Positions 1-14,137 of a DNA stretch of 64,000 bases are shown here, piece by piece. This stretch comes from Chiloscyllium plagiosum (taxonomy: Eukaryota): the NCBI RefSeq assembly GCF_004010195.1, contig NC_057718.1, positions 69,711,213 to 69,775,212 on the forward strand. Reading direction: 5' to 3'. Position 1 is the stretch's first letter. Each line of letters opens with the position of its first letter. A program made the position numbers and the translations under genes. Below the pieces are notes generated by a model that was given only the letters and a program-made list of their open reading frames with translations, ran no database searches and had not been told where the DNA came from.

Positions 1-800
1 TTGGTTGTGAAGACTCTCACAATGTTAAGTGTCAACCTGCCTCTGTAGTCCACTCAACAATGCTCTCAAGTTTATTGCCATGCTCAGCTTGAATGGATCC
101 CTATAGCAACACATCACCCATGCAGCAAATAATTCTACGCAAGTTCGCTAAAGAATTAAACATTGTTCCTGAAAGCTTTTCTGGTGCTGATGATATTCGA
201 AAAGAGAACCTACTAAAAATCAAAAATTCTAAACGCGGTTATAAATCCCACAATAAATCTAGACTCCTCTTCTGATGATATTTTCCTGAACCTGCTGTTA
301 GCATCAAATTCAGAGATCATGAGTTCTACCCTAATTTCATGAAGCTGTCACATTGATATCATCGGATGGACTTCTCTTTCCACAGATTTGTTGAATTCTG
401 CACAATCATTGTTTACTCTTAGACATTTGGTTGACATCAGAACTAAACCCACATGAATGTCAACTCATTGTTTTTTTTTAAAACCGCTGGAATGACATCT
501 TGTCTTACCACTAAGTTGTTTTCTTTCTTCACCTCTAGAAGTAAGTGGTGTGGAACCGGTGTGCATGCAGCATATTGATTTCACTTCTGTGCGATCGTGT
601 TCAAATAATGACCAAAATCATTGAGTGGTGAAAATAGCCTCTTTTATCCAGAAACTACAAGAGCACAAGTTTGAGGAAGCAATTGAATCCCCAAATACAG
701 TTCTTACAAGAGCCCCTGTATACACAGTTCTTACGTACAGTAAAATTCCATTAGTATGATGTTATATTGCTTCATCTACAGTAGGTAAACCTACTAGTAG
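1..800 (-). mobile_element. Degenerate Ty3/Gypsy pol (reverse transcriptase) fragment
   Basis: Manual minus-strand translation across frameshifts gives VPHHLLLEVKKE, EFNKSVEREVHPM, EFDANSRFRKI..EESRFIVGFITAF and FRISSAPE...ICCMGDVLL. These match Gypsy RT motifs (LDANSGFWQI, PFGISSAPE, xMDD). Confidence 0.8.
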
Positions 801-868
801 TTGAGGGGCTTCTGTCCTGAGAGACAGAAGATGGGTTAAAACGTGCTAACTGCTGGCTGCTATTTAGA

Positions 869-1169
869 TTACTTACAGTGTGGAAACAGGCCCTTCGGCC
901 CAACAAGTCCACACCGACCCGCCGAAGCGAAACCCACCCATACCCCTACATTTACCCCTACCTAACACTACGGGCAATTTAGCCTGGCCAATTCACCTGA
1001 CCTGCACATCTTTGGACTGTGGGAGGAAACCGGAGCACCCAGAGGAAACCCACGCAGACACGGGGAGAACGTGCAAACTCCACACAGTCAGTCGCCTGAG
1101 GCGGGAATTGAACCCGGGTCTCAGGCGCTGTGAGGCAGCAGTGCTAACCACTGTGCCACCGTGCCGCCC
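869..1169 (-). mobile_element. HE1-type tRNA-derived SINE, full length
   Basis: Minus strand starts GGGCGGCACGGTGGCACAGTGGTTAGC (A box), has GGTTCAATTCC (B box) and a CR1-like 3' tail. ATTTAGA direct repeats at 862-868 and 1170-1176. Confidence 0.9.
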
Positions 1170-1172
1170 ATT

Positions 1173-2050
1173 TAGAGTCATAGAGATGTACAGCATGGAA
1201 ACAGGCCCTTCGGTCCAACCTGTCTATGCCAACCAGATATCTCAACCCAACCTAGTCCCACCTGCCAGCACCCGGCCCATATCCATCCAAACCCTTCCTG
1301 TTCATATACCCATCCAAATGCCTCTTAAATGTTGCAATTGTACCAGCCTCCACCACTTCCTCTGGTAGCTCATTCCATAAACGTTGCCCCTTAGGTCTCT
1401 TTTATATCTTTCTCTTCTCACCCTAAACCTATGCCCTCTAGTTCTGGACTCCCCCACCCCAGGGAAAAGACTTTGCCTATTTATCCAATCCATGCCCCTC
1501 ATAATTTTGTAAAACTCTATAAGGTCACCCCTCAGCCTCAGATGCTCCAGGAAAAACAGCCCCAGCCTGTTCAGCCTCTCCCTATAGCTCAGATCCTCCA
1601 ACCCTGGCAACATCCTTGTAAAACTTTTCTGAACCCTTTCAAGTTTCACAACATCTTTCCAATAGGAAGGAGACCAGAATTGCACACAATATTCCAACAG
1701 TGGTCTAACTAATGTCCTGTACAGCTGCAACATGACCTCCCAACTCCTGGTACTCAATACTCTGACCAATAAAGGAAAGCATACCAAACGCCTTCTTCAC
1801 TATCCTATCTAACTGTGACTCTACTTTCAAGGAGCTATCAACCTGCACGCCAAGGTCTCTTTGTTCAGCAACACTCCCAAGGACCTTACCATTAAGTGTA
1901 TAAATCCTGCTAAGATTTGCTTTCCCAAAATGCAGCACCTCGCATTTATCTGAATTAAACTCCATCTGCCACTTCTCAGCCCATTGGCCCATCTGGTCAA
2001 GATCCTGTTGTATAATCTGAGGTGCCTCTCTTTGCTGTCCACTACACCTC
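1173..2050 (-). mobile_element. CR1 LINE, 5'-truncated 3' portion
   Basis: ORFs WAEKWQMEFNSDKCEVLHFG and LYRTLVRPLLEYCVQFWSP; 3' tail at 1173. Confidence 0.9.
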
Positions 2051-2530
2051 TGGTGGGATTAGGAGTGTCTGTCTGGTCTGCTCACATAATTAAGAGGTGT
2101 TAATCCTAGTCTTTTAAATTAGTAAATGTTCGTAAACATACTAGGCCTTTATGCTGTAAATAAGTTAGAAATTGTACCTGTATTTAATAAAAGAATAATG
2201 GATATTAAACTGAATACCGCAGCTGGGTTGTGAGATTTGTTTACTATTTGCTGGTGCGAGTTTCAATCATTCAGGCAATTTCATGGACGATAGTTTCTTA
2301 AAGGGATAACAGCCCAGTTAAAAAGGTATTTAATAGGTACTTACAAATTGTAGAAACTGTTTGGTGTTAAGTAATCTATCCAGGCCCGAGAGACAGTTGG
2401 TAAGGGCTGATTAATATTATAATGTTTCGTGGAGACTTGACGTTATTGTTTACGATATTGACACTTATTCAGAGGTGGCCAGGGCTGATAAGATGTGAAA
2501 ATGCAGTAATGGGTTTGAAAGGGCTGTTTT

Positions 2531-5080
2531 GATTAGTATGGGCTGAGGTTAGAAACAGGAAAGGAGAGGTCACCCTTTTGGGAGTTGTCTATCGGCCTCC
2601 GAATAGTTCCAGAAATGTAGAGGAAAGGCTAGCAAAAATAATTCTGGATAGAAGTGAGTGTAACAGGTTAGTTGTTATGGGGGTCTTTAATTTTCCAAAT
2701 ATTGGCTGGAAATATTATAGTTTGAGTACTTTAGATGGGTCAGTATTTGTGCAATGTGTGCAGGATGGTTTCCTGACACAGTATGTAGACAGGCCAACAA
2801 GGGCCAAGGCCACATTGGATTTGGTACTGGGTACTGGGTAATGAACCTGGCCAGGAGTTAGATTTGGAGGTAGGTGAGCACTTTGGTGATGGAACCGAAT
2901 TGTGGTCACTGTTTCCTCTGATGAAAAGGAATAGGTACACTCGGCAGGACAAAAGCTATTGCTGAGGGAAAGGCAATTATGATGCAATTAGACAAGATTT
3001 AGGATGCATAGGATGGGGAAGAAACTGCAGGGGATGGGCACAATTGAAATGTGGAGCTTATTCAAAGAACAGCTACTACTTGATAAGTATGTACCTGTCA
3101 GGCAGGGAGGAAGAGGTTGAGCGAGGGAGCTGTGGTTTAATAAAGAAGTTGAATCCCTTGTCAAGAGGAAGAAGGTGGCTTATGTTAGGATGAGACATGA
3201 AGGCAGAATTAGGGCACTTGAGAGTTACAAGTTAGACAGGAAAGACCTAACGAGAGAGCTAAGAGCCAGGAGGGGACATGAGAAGTCATTGGCAGATGGG
3301 ATCAAGGGAAACTCTAAAGCTTTCTATAGGTATATCAGGAATAAACGAATGACTGGAAGGAGGTTAGGGCCAATCAAGGATAGTAGTGGGAAGTTTTGCG
3401 TGGAGTCTGAGGACATAGGGGAAGCGCTAAATGACCACACTGGAAAAAAACAATGTTGTCGAGGAGAATACGGAGGTACAGGCTATTAGACTAGACCGGA
3501 TTGATGTTAGCAAGGAGGAGGGGTTAGCAATTCTGGAAAGTGTAAAACTAGATAAGACCCCTGAGCCAAACGGGATTTGTCCTAGGATTCATATTTGCAG
3601 GGAGGAGATTGCAAAGCCTTTGGCTTTGATCTTTATGTTGTCATTATCTACAGGAATAGTGCCAGAAGACTGGAGGATAGCAAATGTTGTTCTCTTGATC
3701 AAAAAAGTAGTAGAGACAACCCTGGTAATTATAGACCAGTGAGCCTTACTTCAGTTGTGAGTAAAGTGTTGGAAAAGGTGATAAGAAATAGGATTTATAA
3801 TCATCTAGAGAGGAATAAGTTGATTAGGGATAGTCAACATGGTTTTATGAAGGGTAGGTCATGCCTCACAAACCAAATCTTTGAGAAGGTGATCAAACAG
3901 GTGAATGAGGGTAAAGTGGTTGATGTGATGTATATGGATTTCAGTAAGGCATTTGATAAGGTTCCCCACAATAGGCTATTGCACAAAATACAGAGGCATG
4001 AGAGTGTGGGCGATTTAGCTGTTGGGATCATATATTGGCTAGCTGAAAGAAGATAGAGGGTGATAGTTGATGGGAAATATTCATCCTAGTATTCATACTA
4101 GTGGTATACTGCAAGGAACTGTTTTGGAGCCATTGCTTTTTGCCATTTTTATAAATGACCTGGATGAGGGCGTAGAAAGATTACTTAGTAAATCTATGGA
4201 TGACACGAAGGTCGGTGGAGTTGTGGATAGTGCTGTAGGGTGTCACAGGTTAGAGGGACATAGATAAGCTGCAGAGCTGGGCCGACAGGTGGCAAATTGA
4301 GTTTAATGCGGAAAAGTGAGAGGTGATTCACTTTGGAAGGAGCAAAGAAATAAAGAGTACTGGGCTAATGGCAAGATTCTTGGTAGTGTAGATGAGCAGA
4401 GAGATCTGTGTCCACGTACATAGATTCTTGAAAGTTGCCATCCAGGTTGACAGGGTTGTTAAGAAGGCATACAATGTGTTAGCTTCTGTTGGTAGAGGGA
4501 TTGGGTTTTGGAGCCATGAGGTCATGCTGCAACAGTACAAAACTCTGGTGCGGCCGCACTTGGAGTATTGCATGCAGTTTTGGTCACCATATTATAGGAA
4601 GAATGTGGAAGCTTTGGAAAGGGTTCAGAGAAGATTTACCAGGATGTTGCCTGGTATGGAGAGAAGGTTTTATGAGGAAAGGCTGAGAGACTGGAGGCTG
4701 TTTTTGTTAGAGAGGAGAAGGTTGAGATGTGACTTAATTGAGACATATAAGATAATCAGAGGGTTAGATAGAATGGACAGTGAGAGCCTTTTTCCTCGGA
4801 TGGTGATGGCTAGTACGAGGGGACATAGCTTTTAATTGAATTTGGTAGATATAGGACAGATGTCAGAGGTAGTTTCTTTACTTAGAGAGTAGTAGGGGCA
4901 TGGAGTGCACTGCCTGCAACAGCAGTAGACTTGGCAACTTTAAGGGAATTTAAATGGTCATTGGGTAAATATATGGATGAAAATGGAATAGTGTAAGACA
5001 GATAGACTTTAGATTGGCCCTCGATGTTGCACCGATCTATGGAACCAAAGGGCCTGTACTGCACTGTAATGTTCTATGTT
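2531..5080 (+). mobile_element. CR1 LINE ORF2 (endonuclease + RT), decayed
   Basis: GVVYRPPNS, GVFNFPNI, NYRPVSLTS, YMDFSKAFDKVPH, RPHLEYCMQFWSP; TGTTCTATGTT tail. Probable TSD AAAGGG(C/T)TGTTTT at 2518-2530 and 5081-5093. Confidence 0.92.
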
Positions 5081-5351
5081 AAAGGGTTGTTTTAAATTTG
5101 GTCGATCTTATGACAGCAAAATATAATGCAGAATCACAGTTTTATGAATGAATTAATTAATCCATGTTACAGCAGGGATTTATGAATGAATGAAACAGAA
5201 ATGCAGTGTTCACTTCACTTGTGAGTGGGTTATTAAAAGAGTTATGAATGAATTAACAAAGAACTTGAGAGTGGGAAATATAAAGCATTCGCGAGTTGGT
5301 TAGCAAAGGGCCGAGAATACAATGTGTCTCACTTTTTAGCTTTGTCTTATA

Positions 5352-6010
5352 GAAAGTTGGGTGAGCAAGTTTGCGGATGATACGAAAGTCAGAGGAGTTG
5401 TAGACAGTGAGGAAGGATGTGGCAGGTTACAGCGGGATATAGATAAGCTGCAGAACTGGGCAGAAAGGTGGCAAATGGAGTTCAATGTAGCTAAGTGTGA
5501 GGTGATTCACTTTGGTAAGAGTAACAAAAAGATGGGNNNNNNNNNNNNNNNNNNNNNNNNNNNNNNNNNNNNNNNNNNNNNNNNNNNNNNNNNNNNNNNN
5601 NNNNNNNNNNNNNNNNNNNNNNNNNNNNNNNNNNNNNNNNNNNNNNNNNNNNNNNNNNNNNNNNNNNNNNNNNNNNNNNNNNNNNNNNNNNNNNNNNNNN
5701 NNNNNNNNNNNNNNNNNNNNNNNNNNNNNNNNNNNNNNNNNNNNNNNNNNNNNNNNNNNNNNNNNNNNNNNNNNNNNNGGGGGGGTAGGTATAGGAGAGA
5801 TGTTAGGGGTAGGTTCTTTACTCAGTGAGTCGTGAGTTCATGGAATGCCCTGCCAGTAGCAGTGGTGGACTCTCCCTCATTATGGGCATTTAAGCGGGCA
5901 TTGGATAGGCATATGGAGGATAGTGGGCTAGTGTAGGTTAGGTGGGCTTGGATCGGCGCAACATCGAGGGCCGAAGGGCCTGTACTGCGCTGTATTCTTC
6001 TATGTTCTAT
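5352..6010 (+). mobile_element. CR1 LINE 3' portion spanning an assembly gap
   Basis: KFADDTK...WAERWQMEFN; TTCTATGTTCTATG tail. Confidence 0.88.
5537..5778. other. Assembly gap (N run)
   Basis: Ns in the sequence. Confidence 1.
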
Positions 6011-6959
6011 GACACACTGCTTTCAGTTTGCCCAATCCCACCCATAACTTCAGAAATTCTTCTCTGGAATCTCTGATTGTCCTACACTATTAATGATTAA
6101 ACTCATTTGTCGAATAGAGACAAATTCCATATATGCCTTTATATGCTTTCGGGTGATGTCACAACTCTAATGGAAATTGTGCACATCATTCAATCCCAAT
6201 ATTCCACAAGCCATCATAAATACCTAAACAATAAAGTTAATTGCTAAAGTGGTTAATTTGTCTTACTTTGACAGCTAAGATAAAAGAAACTGATCCCAGG
6301 TTTCATCAATGTACAAGAAAGCAAAATTTACTATAAAGTGGCAAAATGGATTAGTGATACTAACACAAAAACTAAAAATATGTCCCCTTTAAATCACAAC
6401 ACACATTACATTCACACAAAAAGACAAGTCAGAGTTCTGCAGAATATTGTGGTTAGAAAATATGGACAAAAATGAAACAGTTTCTGTGGATTAAGAGTCC
6501 AAACCATGAGATACCTTTCTCACAGTTCTTTTGTTTTCTGTTGCTTGTTAATCGCAGAAGATTCTCATTTTACTAGCTTGTTGGTTGGACCTAGGTTTTT
6601 GTTTGCTTTAGAATTTTCTTTTCCAGACTCTGTGCTCTGGGTTTCTTCTAGTCAGAGGGTGACAGGCAGAGATCTATCTTTACTTGCAGGCTTTCTATAA
6701 GTCTTGGAACTAAGAAAGTAGGTACACTATGTTAAATGCAACTAAAAAGTCCAAAAGCCTCTTGCTCGGTGTTTTTTTTTAAATCAAAGACACTTGAGGT
6801 CAACTTGTCTCACAGAAGTATCATAGTTTCTCCAGAAAGTACATAACTTTGTGCAACCAGTAAGTGAACACCACACAATTCCATCTTTGGTCTTCACATT
6901 GTTTTTAAAATAAACGGACGTGGTACTTGCTTTGCAACACAGTGGTGACCAAACTTCCA

Positions 6960-8350
6960 TTTCGTAGCTTTATAGTTTTAAAATGCCTTTACAGTAAACA
7001 ACTCCAATCAGAAGTTACAATTATTTTCTGTGCTTTTAAAGTTGCTGCTTGTTCTGTTAGAAACTTCAGTGCTGTTTATTCAGCTTGTTTAACAATGTTT
7101 CAACATCCAAAAGAACTGAAACTGAGGCTCCACCCCACATAACTTGAATTGTCGTGACTTTCTACCAGGGCCACTGAATTCCAACAATTTCAACTTGATT
7201 TCTTAGTCTCCTAAGGAGGGTATCTCAGTATCTTGTGAACCGTCTACCTCATGGACTATTTCCTTTTAAAATTTGATCTCTTGGCATGCTCTGCTATTTT
7301 GTTTATGTAGCATACTGCCTGAAAAAGCCCCAATTCTTTTACAATAAAGTTTTACTCTTTTTTAGATTTTAGATTAGATTCCCTACTGTGTGAAAACAGG
7401 CCCTTCGGCCCAACAAGTCCACACCGACCCGCCGAAGCGTAACCCACCCAGACCCATTCTCCGACATTTACCCCTTCATCTAATACTGTGGGCAATTTAG
7501 CGTGGCCAATTCGCCTGACCTGCACATTTTTGGATTGTGGGAGGAAACCAGAGCACCCGCAGGAAACCCACGCAGACACGGGGAGAATATGCAAACTACA
7601 CACAGAGAGTCGCCGGAGGCGGGAATTGAACCCGGGTCTCTGGCGCTGCGAGGCAGCAGTGCTAACCACTGTGCCACCGTACCGCTTTGATGAGACAATT
7701 CCAACAACCATGCCTTTATCTGCCACACCAACAGCAGCTAGTCTGGGCTGGGCTGCCATCAGATGCTTTCCTTCTATTGGTCATCTGTTTACCTGACAAA
7801 TTGAACCATATTTGTTACGTTGAGATTTGGAATGTTTGTCTCTTTTTTGCTGACTATCAATCAGTTCTGCCTCCTGAGCTCAGACTGTTTATTTTATTGA
7901 ATCATGTTCACCAGGATCAAGTTCTCTCAGGATTGCAAATGATCTGATTATGCATCATTCATTGCTCCAACAAATATCATGAATTAGCTTCTCTTTCAGA
8001 TTATGATTTACTGTTGTGCTAACTGGTTGTAATCATTAATAAATACGTTGATGAGTTGTCAACATCTCTGGGTATGTTTATTAATTGGCACGTGTTCCAT
8101 GACAATGATATTGTGAAGATTAAACTATGTCATCGCAAATGCATCAATAACTTGAGCACCTCAGGCATTCTCCTAACTGATCCCCAGACAACGAGATTGA
8201 CGTCCACATAGTTATCTATTGCATGCAAAAATGTGCTGAATTGCTTATGGTCTGCTTTTGCTGCAAATCCAACAGAATACAAAATCAAGAGAATGCAATG
8301 TACCACTGTGGCCATGCTTCAGACTGAGGCCTGCAACTGTCTGAAAGCAC
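6960..8350 (-). mobile_element. Degenerate Ty3/Gypsy gag-protease, interrupted by a SINE
   Basis: Frameshifted minus-strand translation gives LKEKLIHD..VGAMNDA*SDHLQS*ENL..KQSELRRQN (gag), zinc-knuckle remnants CCWCGR*RHGCWNC and ELGLFQAVC, then QFKL..GASVSVLL (protease DTGA region). Confidence 0.7.
7362..7685 (-). mobile_element. HE1-type SINE
   Basis: Same sequence as 869-1169 with TTAGA tail. Confidence 0.9.
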
Positions 8351-8638
8351 TTTTGAGATTTTATCATGTTTTTATTTTTACTACTATTGTCATCATATAT
8401 TGCATTTTTAAATAGGTGTAGTTCGAATAATTGTGAAAGACAACTTGTTGCAAAACTTGCTAACTTTATTTTGCCATTTTTATGTTTAAATAAATAATTC
8501 CAAACACTAGCTCATGTCCAGGTTTACTTTTCTACAGTTTCAGTTTTTATGAATACACATCACTTCTTTCTATGACATCACAGACTGTTACAATTAATCC
8601 CTGATGAGACTTAATCTACCATACTTGATTGTACTATA

Positions 8639-8821
8639 CAGGTCGTTCTGATATAATGCGCATTTCGTTAATACAAATTGGCTATCACATGATTGATGAA
8701 TTATGGATGCTGTTTCTACTCAATAGGACCTGTATATTAATTTTCTATGCAGTTTTCCATTGCGCGATTTTCCACAGCACAAGGTTGCTGAAGAATGCAA
8801 CTGTTGTCGCAGAACGACCTG
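8639..8821. mobile_element. Tc1/mariner (Tigger-like) MITE
   Basis: TIR CAGGTCGTTCTG...CAGAACGACCTG flanked by TA on both sides. Confidence 0.8.
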
Positions 8822-9249
8822 TAGCTTGTTTGTATCTTCCTCACAAATGTTGAATATTTTGCACTCAGTTCCCTCATAAGAATCATTGTACTGATTGTAA
8901 ATAGCTTTGACCAAATGACTGACCCTAGTTTTACTCCATTAATTGCAATCTACAGAGTTAAAGAAGAACAGCACAGCACAAGACTGAGCTGACATATGAT
9001 GCCTTTTTGAACTAAAAATCTTTTGCTTCTATGCTGTCTGTATCCCTCTATTCCCTACCTATTCAAGACGCCTCTTAAATGTTTTTATTTCATCCACTGG
9101 CAAAACATTCCAGGTACTTGCGACCCTCTTTGTAAAAAAAGGGTCTGTATCCTCCTGCAACCCTCCTCACTATCCACAGTTTACCTCAGTATTTGTGCCA
9201 TCCACAAGCATATTAAGAAGGACATTACATTTTCTCCAAATCATTATAT

Positions 9250-10270
9250 TACAAATAATAGGGGTTCCAGCAGTGATCCCCACTGAACACCATGGGTCAT
9301 AAAACACCCTTCCACCACTACTCTCTGCCTTCAATGGCTAAGTGAAAAATCACACAAATAAACCTGTTGGACTATAACCTGGTGTTGTGTGATTTTTAAC
9401 TCTGTCCACCCCAGTCCAACACTGGCACCTCCAAAACATGACTAACACAGTTCTGTGTCCATCTTACCAGCTCATCATGTTTCCCATGTGATTTCAACTT
9501 TTGTATCAGCCTGCCATGAGGGTCTTGGTCAAAGGGCTTGCTGAAGTCCATACAACCAACATCTAACACCCTAACCTCAATTATCTTTGTCACTTCCTCA
9601 AAAAGCTTGAGTTTGTGCAACACGACCTTCCCCACACAAAGCCATTCTGCCTATCGTTAATAAGTCCACATTTTATAAAGTGTGAGTAAATCCTGTCCCT
9701 AAGAATCTTCTTCAATAATGTCCCTACCACTGATTCATCAGCCTGTAATTTCCTGGATAATCCCAATTGCCCTTCTTATACAAAGAAACAATGTTGTCAA
9801 CTCTCCAGTCCTCTAGGAACTCTCCTATGACTAGAGTATACAAAGATTTCATACAAGGCCTTAGCAATTTCCTTCTCTGCCCCCTTCAACATTCTAGGAT
9901 AGATCCCTTCGGGTCTAGGGGACTTGACTACTTCAATGCTTTTCAAAACACTAACGCTACCTCCTTTTTTTATGTCAATATGCCCTGGAATATCAACATA
10001 CTCCTCCCGCGACTCATTATCTACCGTGTCCTTTGTGAATACCGATGCAAAGTATTTCTTGAGGATCTCATTCCCTTCTTCACCTCCACCCATACATTCC
10101 TCTTTTGTCCTCAAGTGGATCTACCCTTTCCCCAGCTACTTTTTTGTGCCTTAGATACAAATAAAACGCCTTGAGATTTCCCTAATTCTATTTGCCCAAG
10201 ACATTTCATGGCCCCTTTTAACACTCCTAATTCCGTGTTTATGTTCTTTCCTGCTGGCTTTGTATTTTTG
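9250..10270 (-). mobile_element. CR1 LINE fragment, with a Penelope-type terminal repeat inserted at ~9345-9438
   Basis: MDFSKPFDQDPHGRL, KSPRPEGIYPRMLK. The insert AAATAAACCTGTTGGACTATAACCTGGTGTTGTGTGATTTTTAAC recurs at ~37486-37530. Confidence 0.8.
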
Positions 10271-10379
10271 AGGGCTCTGTCTTCAGTATGGTTTTTATAC
10301 ATTATATAATCCTCAACCTAACAATGCCCACAACCCATGAATGAATTTTTAAATATCTAAGTTAACATATTATCCCTAA

Positions 10380-11990
10380 TCCCATGAGCCCAAATCTTGT
10401 GCAACAGCCTTATCTGTAACAACAGATGATATACTTTGGTTTGAAGAATATTGAAAGGAAACATAAAATAGGGAGTACAATTCTGAAGAAGGTGCCAGGA
10501 GTAGAGGAACCTGGGTTTATATGTGCACAGACCATTGAAGATGGCTGGACAGGTGAAGAGAGCAGTTAATAAAGCATACAATGTTCTCAACTTTATTAAT
10601 GGTGCATAGAATACAACAGCAAGGAAATGTTGAACTTTTATAAGACACATTTTTCAAACTATGATCGAACACTGTATAGAGATATGGGACACTATGTTAT
10701 ACAAAATAAGTGAATGCAGTAGAGAGAGTACATATGCATTATACAAGAATGGTTCCAGAAATGAGAAATTTCAGTTAGGGGGATAGATTGATGTTGTTAA
10801 CAGTAGGATTCTGAACAACACTGACGTACAGAGGGATCTTGGGGTTCAAGTCCATAGCTCCTTAAAAATAGCCGCATATGTGGATAGGGTGGTAAAGAAG
10901 GCATATGACATGCTTGCCTTCTTGAGTACAAGAGACAGGATGTCATGTTGCAGCTTTATAAGACTTTGGTTAGGCCACACTTATAGAATGGCATTCAATT
11001 CTGGTTATCACTTTGCAGGAAGGATGTGGAGTCTTTGGAAAGGGTGTTGGATGCTACCTGGATTAGAGGGTATGAGCTATAAGGAGAGACTTGAGAAAAA
11101 TAGGGTTGTTTTCTCTGGAGCAGCAGAGGCTGAGGGGAAACTTGATAGAGGTCTGTAAAATTATGATAAGCATAGAAAGGGTTGACAGACAGAATCTTGT
11201 AGGTAAAAACAATGACGGCAATCTTGTTCCCAGAGTTGAAATGTTTAATACTCAGGGGATGCATTTATGGTGATGGCGGAAGTTCAAAGGAGATCAGAGG
11301 TAAATTCTTTACGCAGAGAGTTGTGAATGCATTGCCAGCGGTGGTGGTGGAAGCAGAGTCATTAGGGACATTTAAGCGACTGCTGGACATGACATGGACA
11401 TGGCCAGCAGTGAATTGAGGGGTGCATCGGTTAGGTTATTTTATTTTAGATTAGGAATAATCCTCGGCACAACTTCGTGTGCCGAAGGGTCTGTTGTGTG
11501 CTGTACTTTTCTATGTTCTATGTGAAGGGCAAGCTTTTTTTTTTTTACACAGAGTGTGTTAGGAGTCTGGAACACACTGCCAGGGTGGTGATGGAGGCAG
11601 AAATGATAGGGGTTAAAACGGACTTTTAGATAAGCACATGAATACGCAAGGAATGGAGGCATATAGACTAAGGGCACGCAGAAGAGATTAGTTTCACTTG
11701 GCAACATGTTCAGCACAACATTGTGGGCCGGAGGACCTGTTCCTGTGCTGTACTCTTCTACAGCAAGGGTAATACACAGTGAATAACAATAGCATGGAAT
11801 GCACTGCTTGGAAATGTGGTGCAGGAACATTCAATTGACGCATTCAACAGGGCACTGAATGATCATTTGGATAGAAATACTGTTCAAGGATAAGATGAAA
11901 ATGTAGGAGATTGGCATTAAGTAATGATTCTTGTTTGAAGAATTGGTGCAGGCACTATAGACCAATGTCTCTTTCTGCATAATAACAATT
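10380..11990 (+). mobile_element. Cluster of nested CR1 3' fragments
   Basis: DRVVKKAYDMLAF, LRGNLIEVCKIM, GKFFTQRVVN; several TTCTATG-type tails. Confidence 0.8.
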
Positions 11991-13197
11991 TTGTGATCTT
12001 AACAAAAGCCTTCAGAAAACGCACTAAAGCTGCTTTCACCTGTCCCACCACTATCTATGTAGGAACTATATAGACTCACAAATAACAAAAAATGATTTTC
12101 CTTTCATAAATTACATTTTCTTTGCAAATCATAATATATTTAGGCAAAGAACCCTGCTACCATGTAGCGAGAAGTAGAAAGAGGAGCAGGTTAGTAGAGA
12201 AATTGCTGAGAACGTGGAAGAACTAAAAATGACTGGTAAATGTCAACATAATTAACCAGTCATAAAATCATATCAATTCTGCAATCAGCAATGTATACCA
12301 TTACACAATCATTTCATTACTCCAAACCTCTTGCACCCTTAACACATGCGAACTTAAAATCCTCCTGCTAACAGCAATTTGAAGGCTTTATTATTTAACA
12401 CGAGAACACAAAGTCTCAGTCTCAAACAAATTGCTCTCTCATGGGCTGCTGCTGGAGCACTGATGCCAGAAGATTTTGTTAGATGCGTAAAACCTTGTAC
12501 TCTCTGATACTGAGCTCTATTTAAAAAAGGCAATACTGAGCTGGAATCTGTTTATTTTAGCTTCTGGTCTCAGACAAGATTACACAATTAACAAAACTTT
12601 AGAACAACATGCTGTCACTACCCAGTAAAAGCAGCTTGTAATTAATTCACTCCAAAGTTGGTTAACAGAAGAAAATGCGAGGGGAACTAAAATTATACCA
12701 CATCTGTAGTGAAGAGTAGCGGGTTGGCAGCAGCAAGAGGAACATTCTTGTCCAACATGTATTAGACAGGCGAAACCTTCCATGGGTTAATTTAAAACAT
12801 TAGCACAGCCACTTAATACAACACAGTATAAAAAATGTTATATTACATCAGGGTATGGGGTGACAATTACCAAGTCATAGCTGTAGGAGGACTACAAATC
12901 GGAACTGAACATCCAGGCATATTCAGTTTTTAGAGAGGATGAAAAGAAAAAGATGGTGAAGTAACATTGGTGGTTAAAGATGACATTAGTGCAATAGTGA
13001 GAAAGGATATTCGCTCTAAAAAAGTGGAATTTGTCTGGATAGAGCTTAGAAACACCTTTGGGCAGAAACTGATATTGGGAGCTGTATACAGACCCCCAAA
13101 ACTGATGTGGCAATATTGGAGAAGGCATTGAACAGGAAAATCAGAAGCAAGCAGTTAAGGTACAATTGTAATTATAAGCAACTCCAATTTGTATATA

Positions 13198-13808
13198 CAG
13201 AAAAACCTCAATTATCCGAATGTTGGATTATCTGAAGGAGATCTCGAGGTCCCAATAGAAACATTACATCAAAGATGTGTTTCCAACACTGATCGTGTCT
13301 TTTGTTTACAGTGATTAAACAGGACCTCCTGACCTCTCTCCCTGCCTCACTTTCCCTGGAGTGCTACAGAGGGGGTGTACCCTAAGTTCCCCTTCCCCAA
13401 ATAATCTCTCCAACATTGTCCTGTACAGGGTAAAGGTGGAACCTGTCAAAAAGTTGCAGTAAAAAGTTTGTGTGTGCATGCGCTATTTGGAGACTTATCT
13501 CACAAATGCAGCAACAACAGCAGTCTTGCTGTTGGTGTCCAGTCCGGCTGCCCTGGAGGGGGGGCGCACACAGTGTGGAGGTGTTGAGTGTTGGACGAGG
13601 TTGGAGGGCAAGGGGCGGGCAGTGTTGGGCAGGGACAGGAGGGGGGTGTTGGGCAGAGGCAGAGGCTCCCGTGCGGTGTGCTGCAGCCTTGTCTCCCAAT
13701 CGGGGAGCAGACTTTAAAAACTTCGAGCCCCAGAGGAAAGGCATTTAATCAATTAACTGAACAATCGATTATCCGAATGAAATAGTGCCCACCCATCTCG
13801 TTCCTCTG
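13198..13808. mobile_element. Tigger/pogo-like MITE with GC-rich interior
   Basis: TA|CAGAAAAACCTCAATTATCCGAA ... ATTATCCGAATGAAATAGTGCCC..TTCCTCTG|TA. It splits the CR1 codons LYI/DCGNQI at a TA. Confidence 0.85.
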
Positions 13809-14137
13809 TAGATTGTGGAAATCAAATCAATAACAAAGCTGTAGAGGAGGAATTCCTGTGATGTAAATGAAATAGTTTTCTACATCAATATACTGAAGAA
13901 CTAACTAGAGAACAGACCACCCTGGACAGGTTACTGTGTAATGAGCTGGGCACAATTGACAATCTAAATGTGGGTAGAGTGAACAAAATATGACGATTCT
14001 TCATGAAAGATGCAGTTTATTCTGCAACTAAAGTCTAAATCCTCTGAAACTAAAGAAAGAAAAGTAGGATGTTTTGAGAAATGAGCTGGCTGTTATCAAT
14101 TGAGGAGCACTACTTTTACGGATTACAGTGGATAGGC

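Noticed and set aside
869..1169. tRNA genes and recurrent ORFs such as METGPSAQQVHTDPP
   Set aside because: tRNA-like heads and chance ORFs of the multi-copy SINE.
8130..8315. ORF with signal-peptide-like start (MATVVHCILLILYSVG)
   Set aside because: Lies within the decayed Gypsy gag region.
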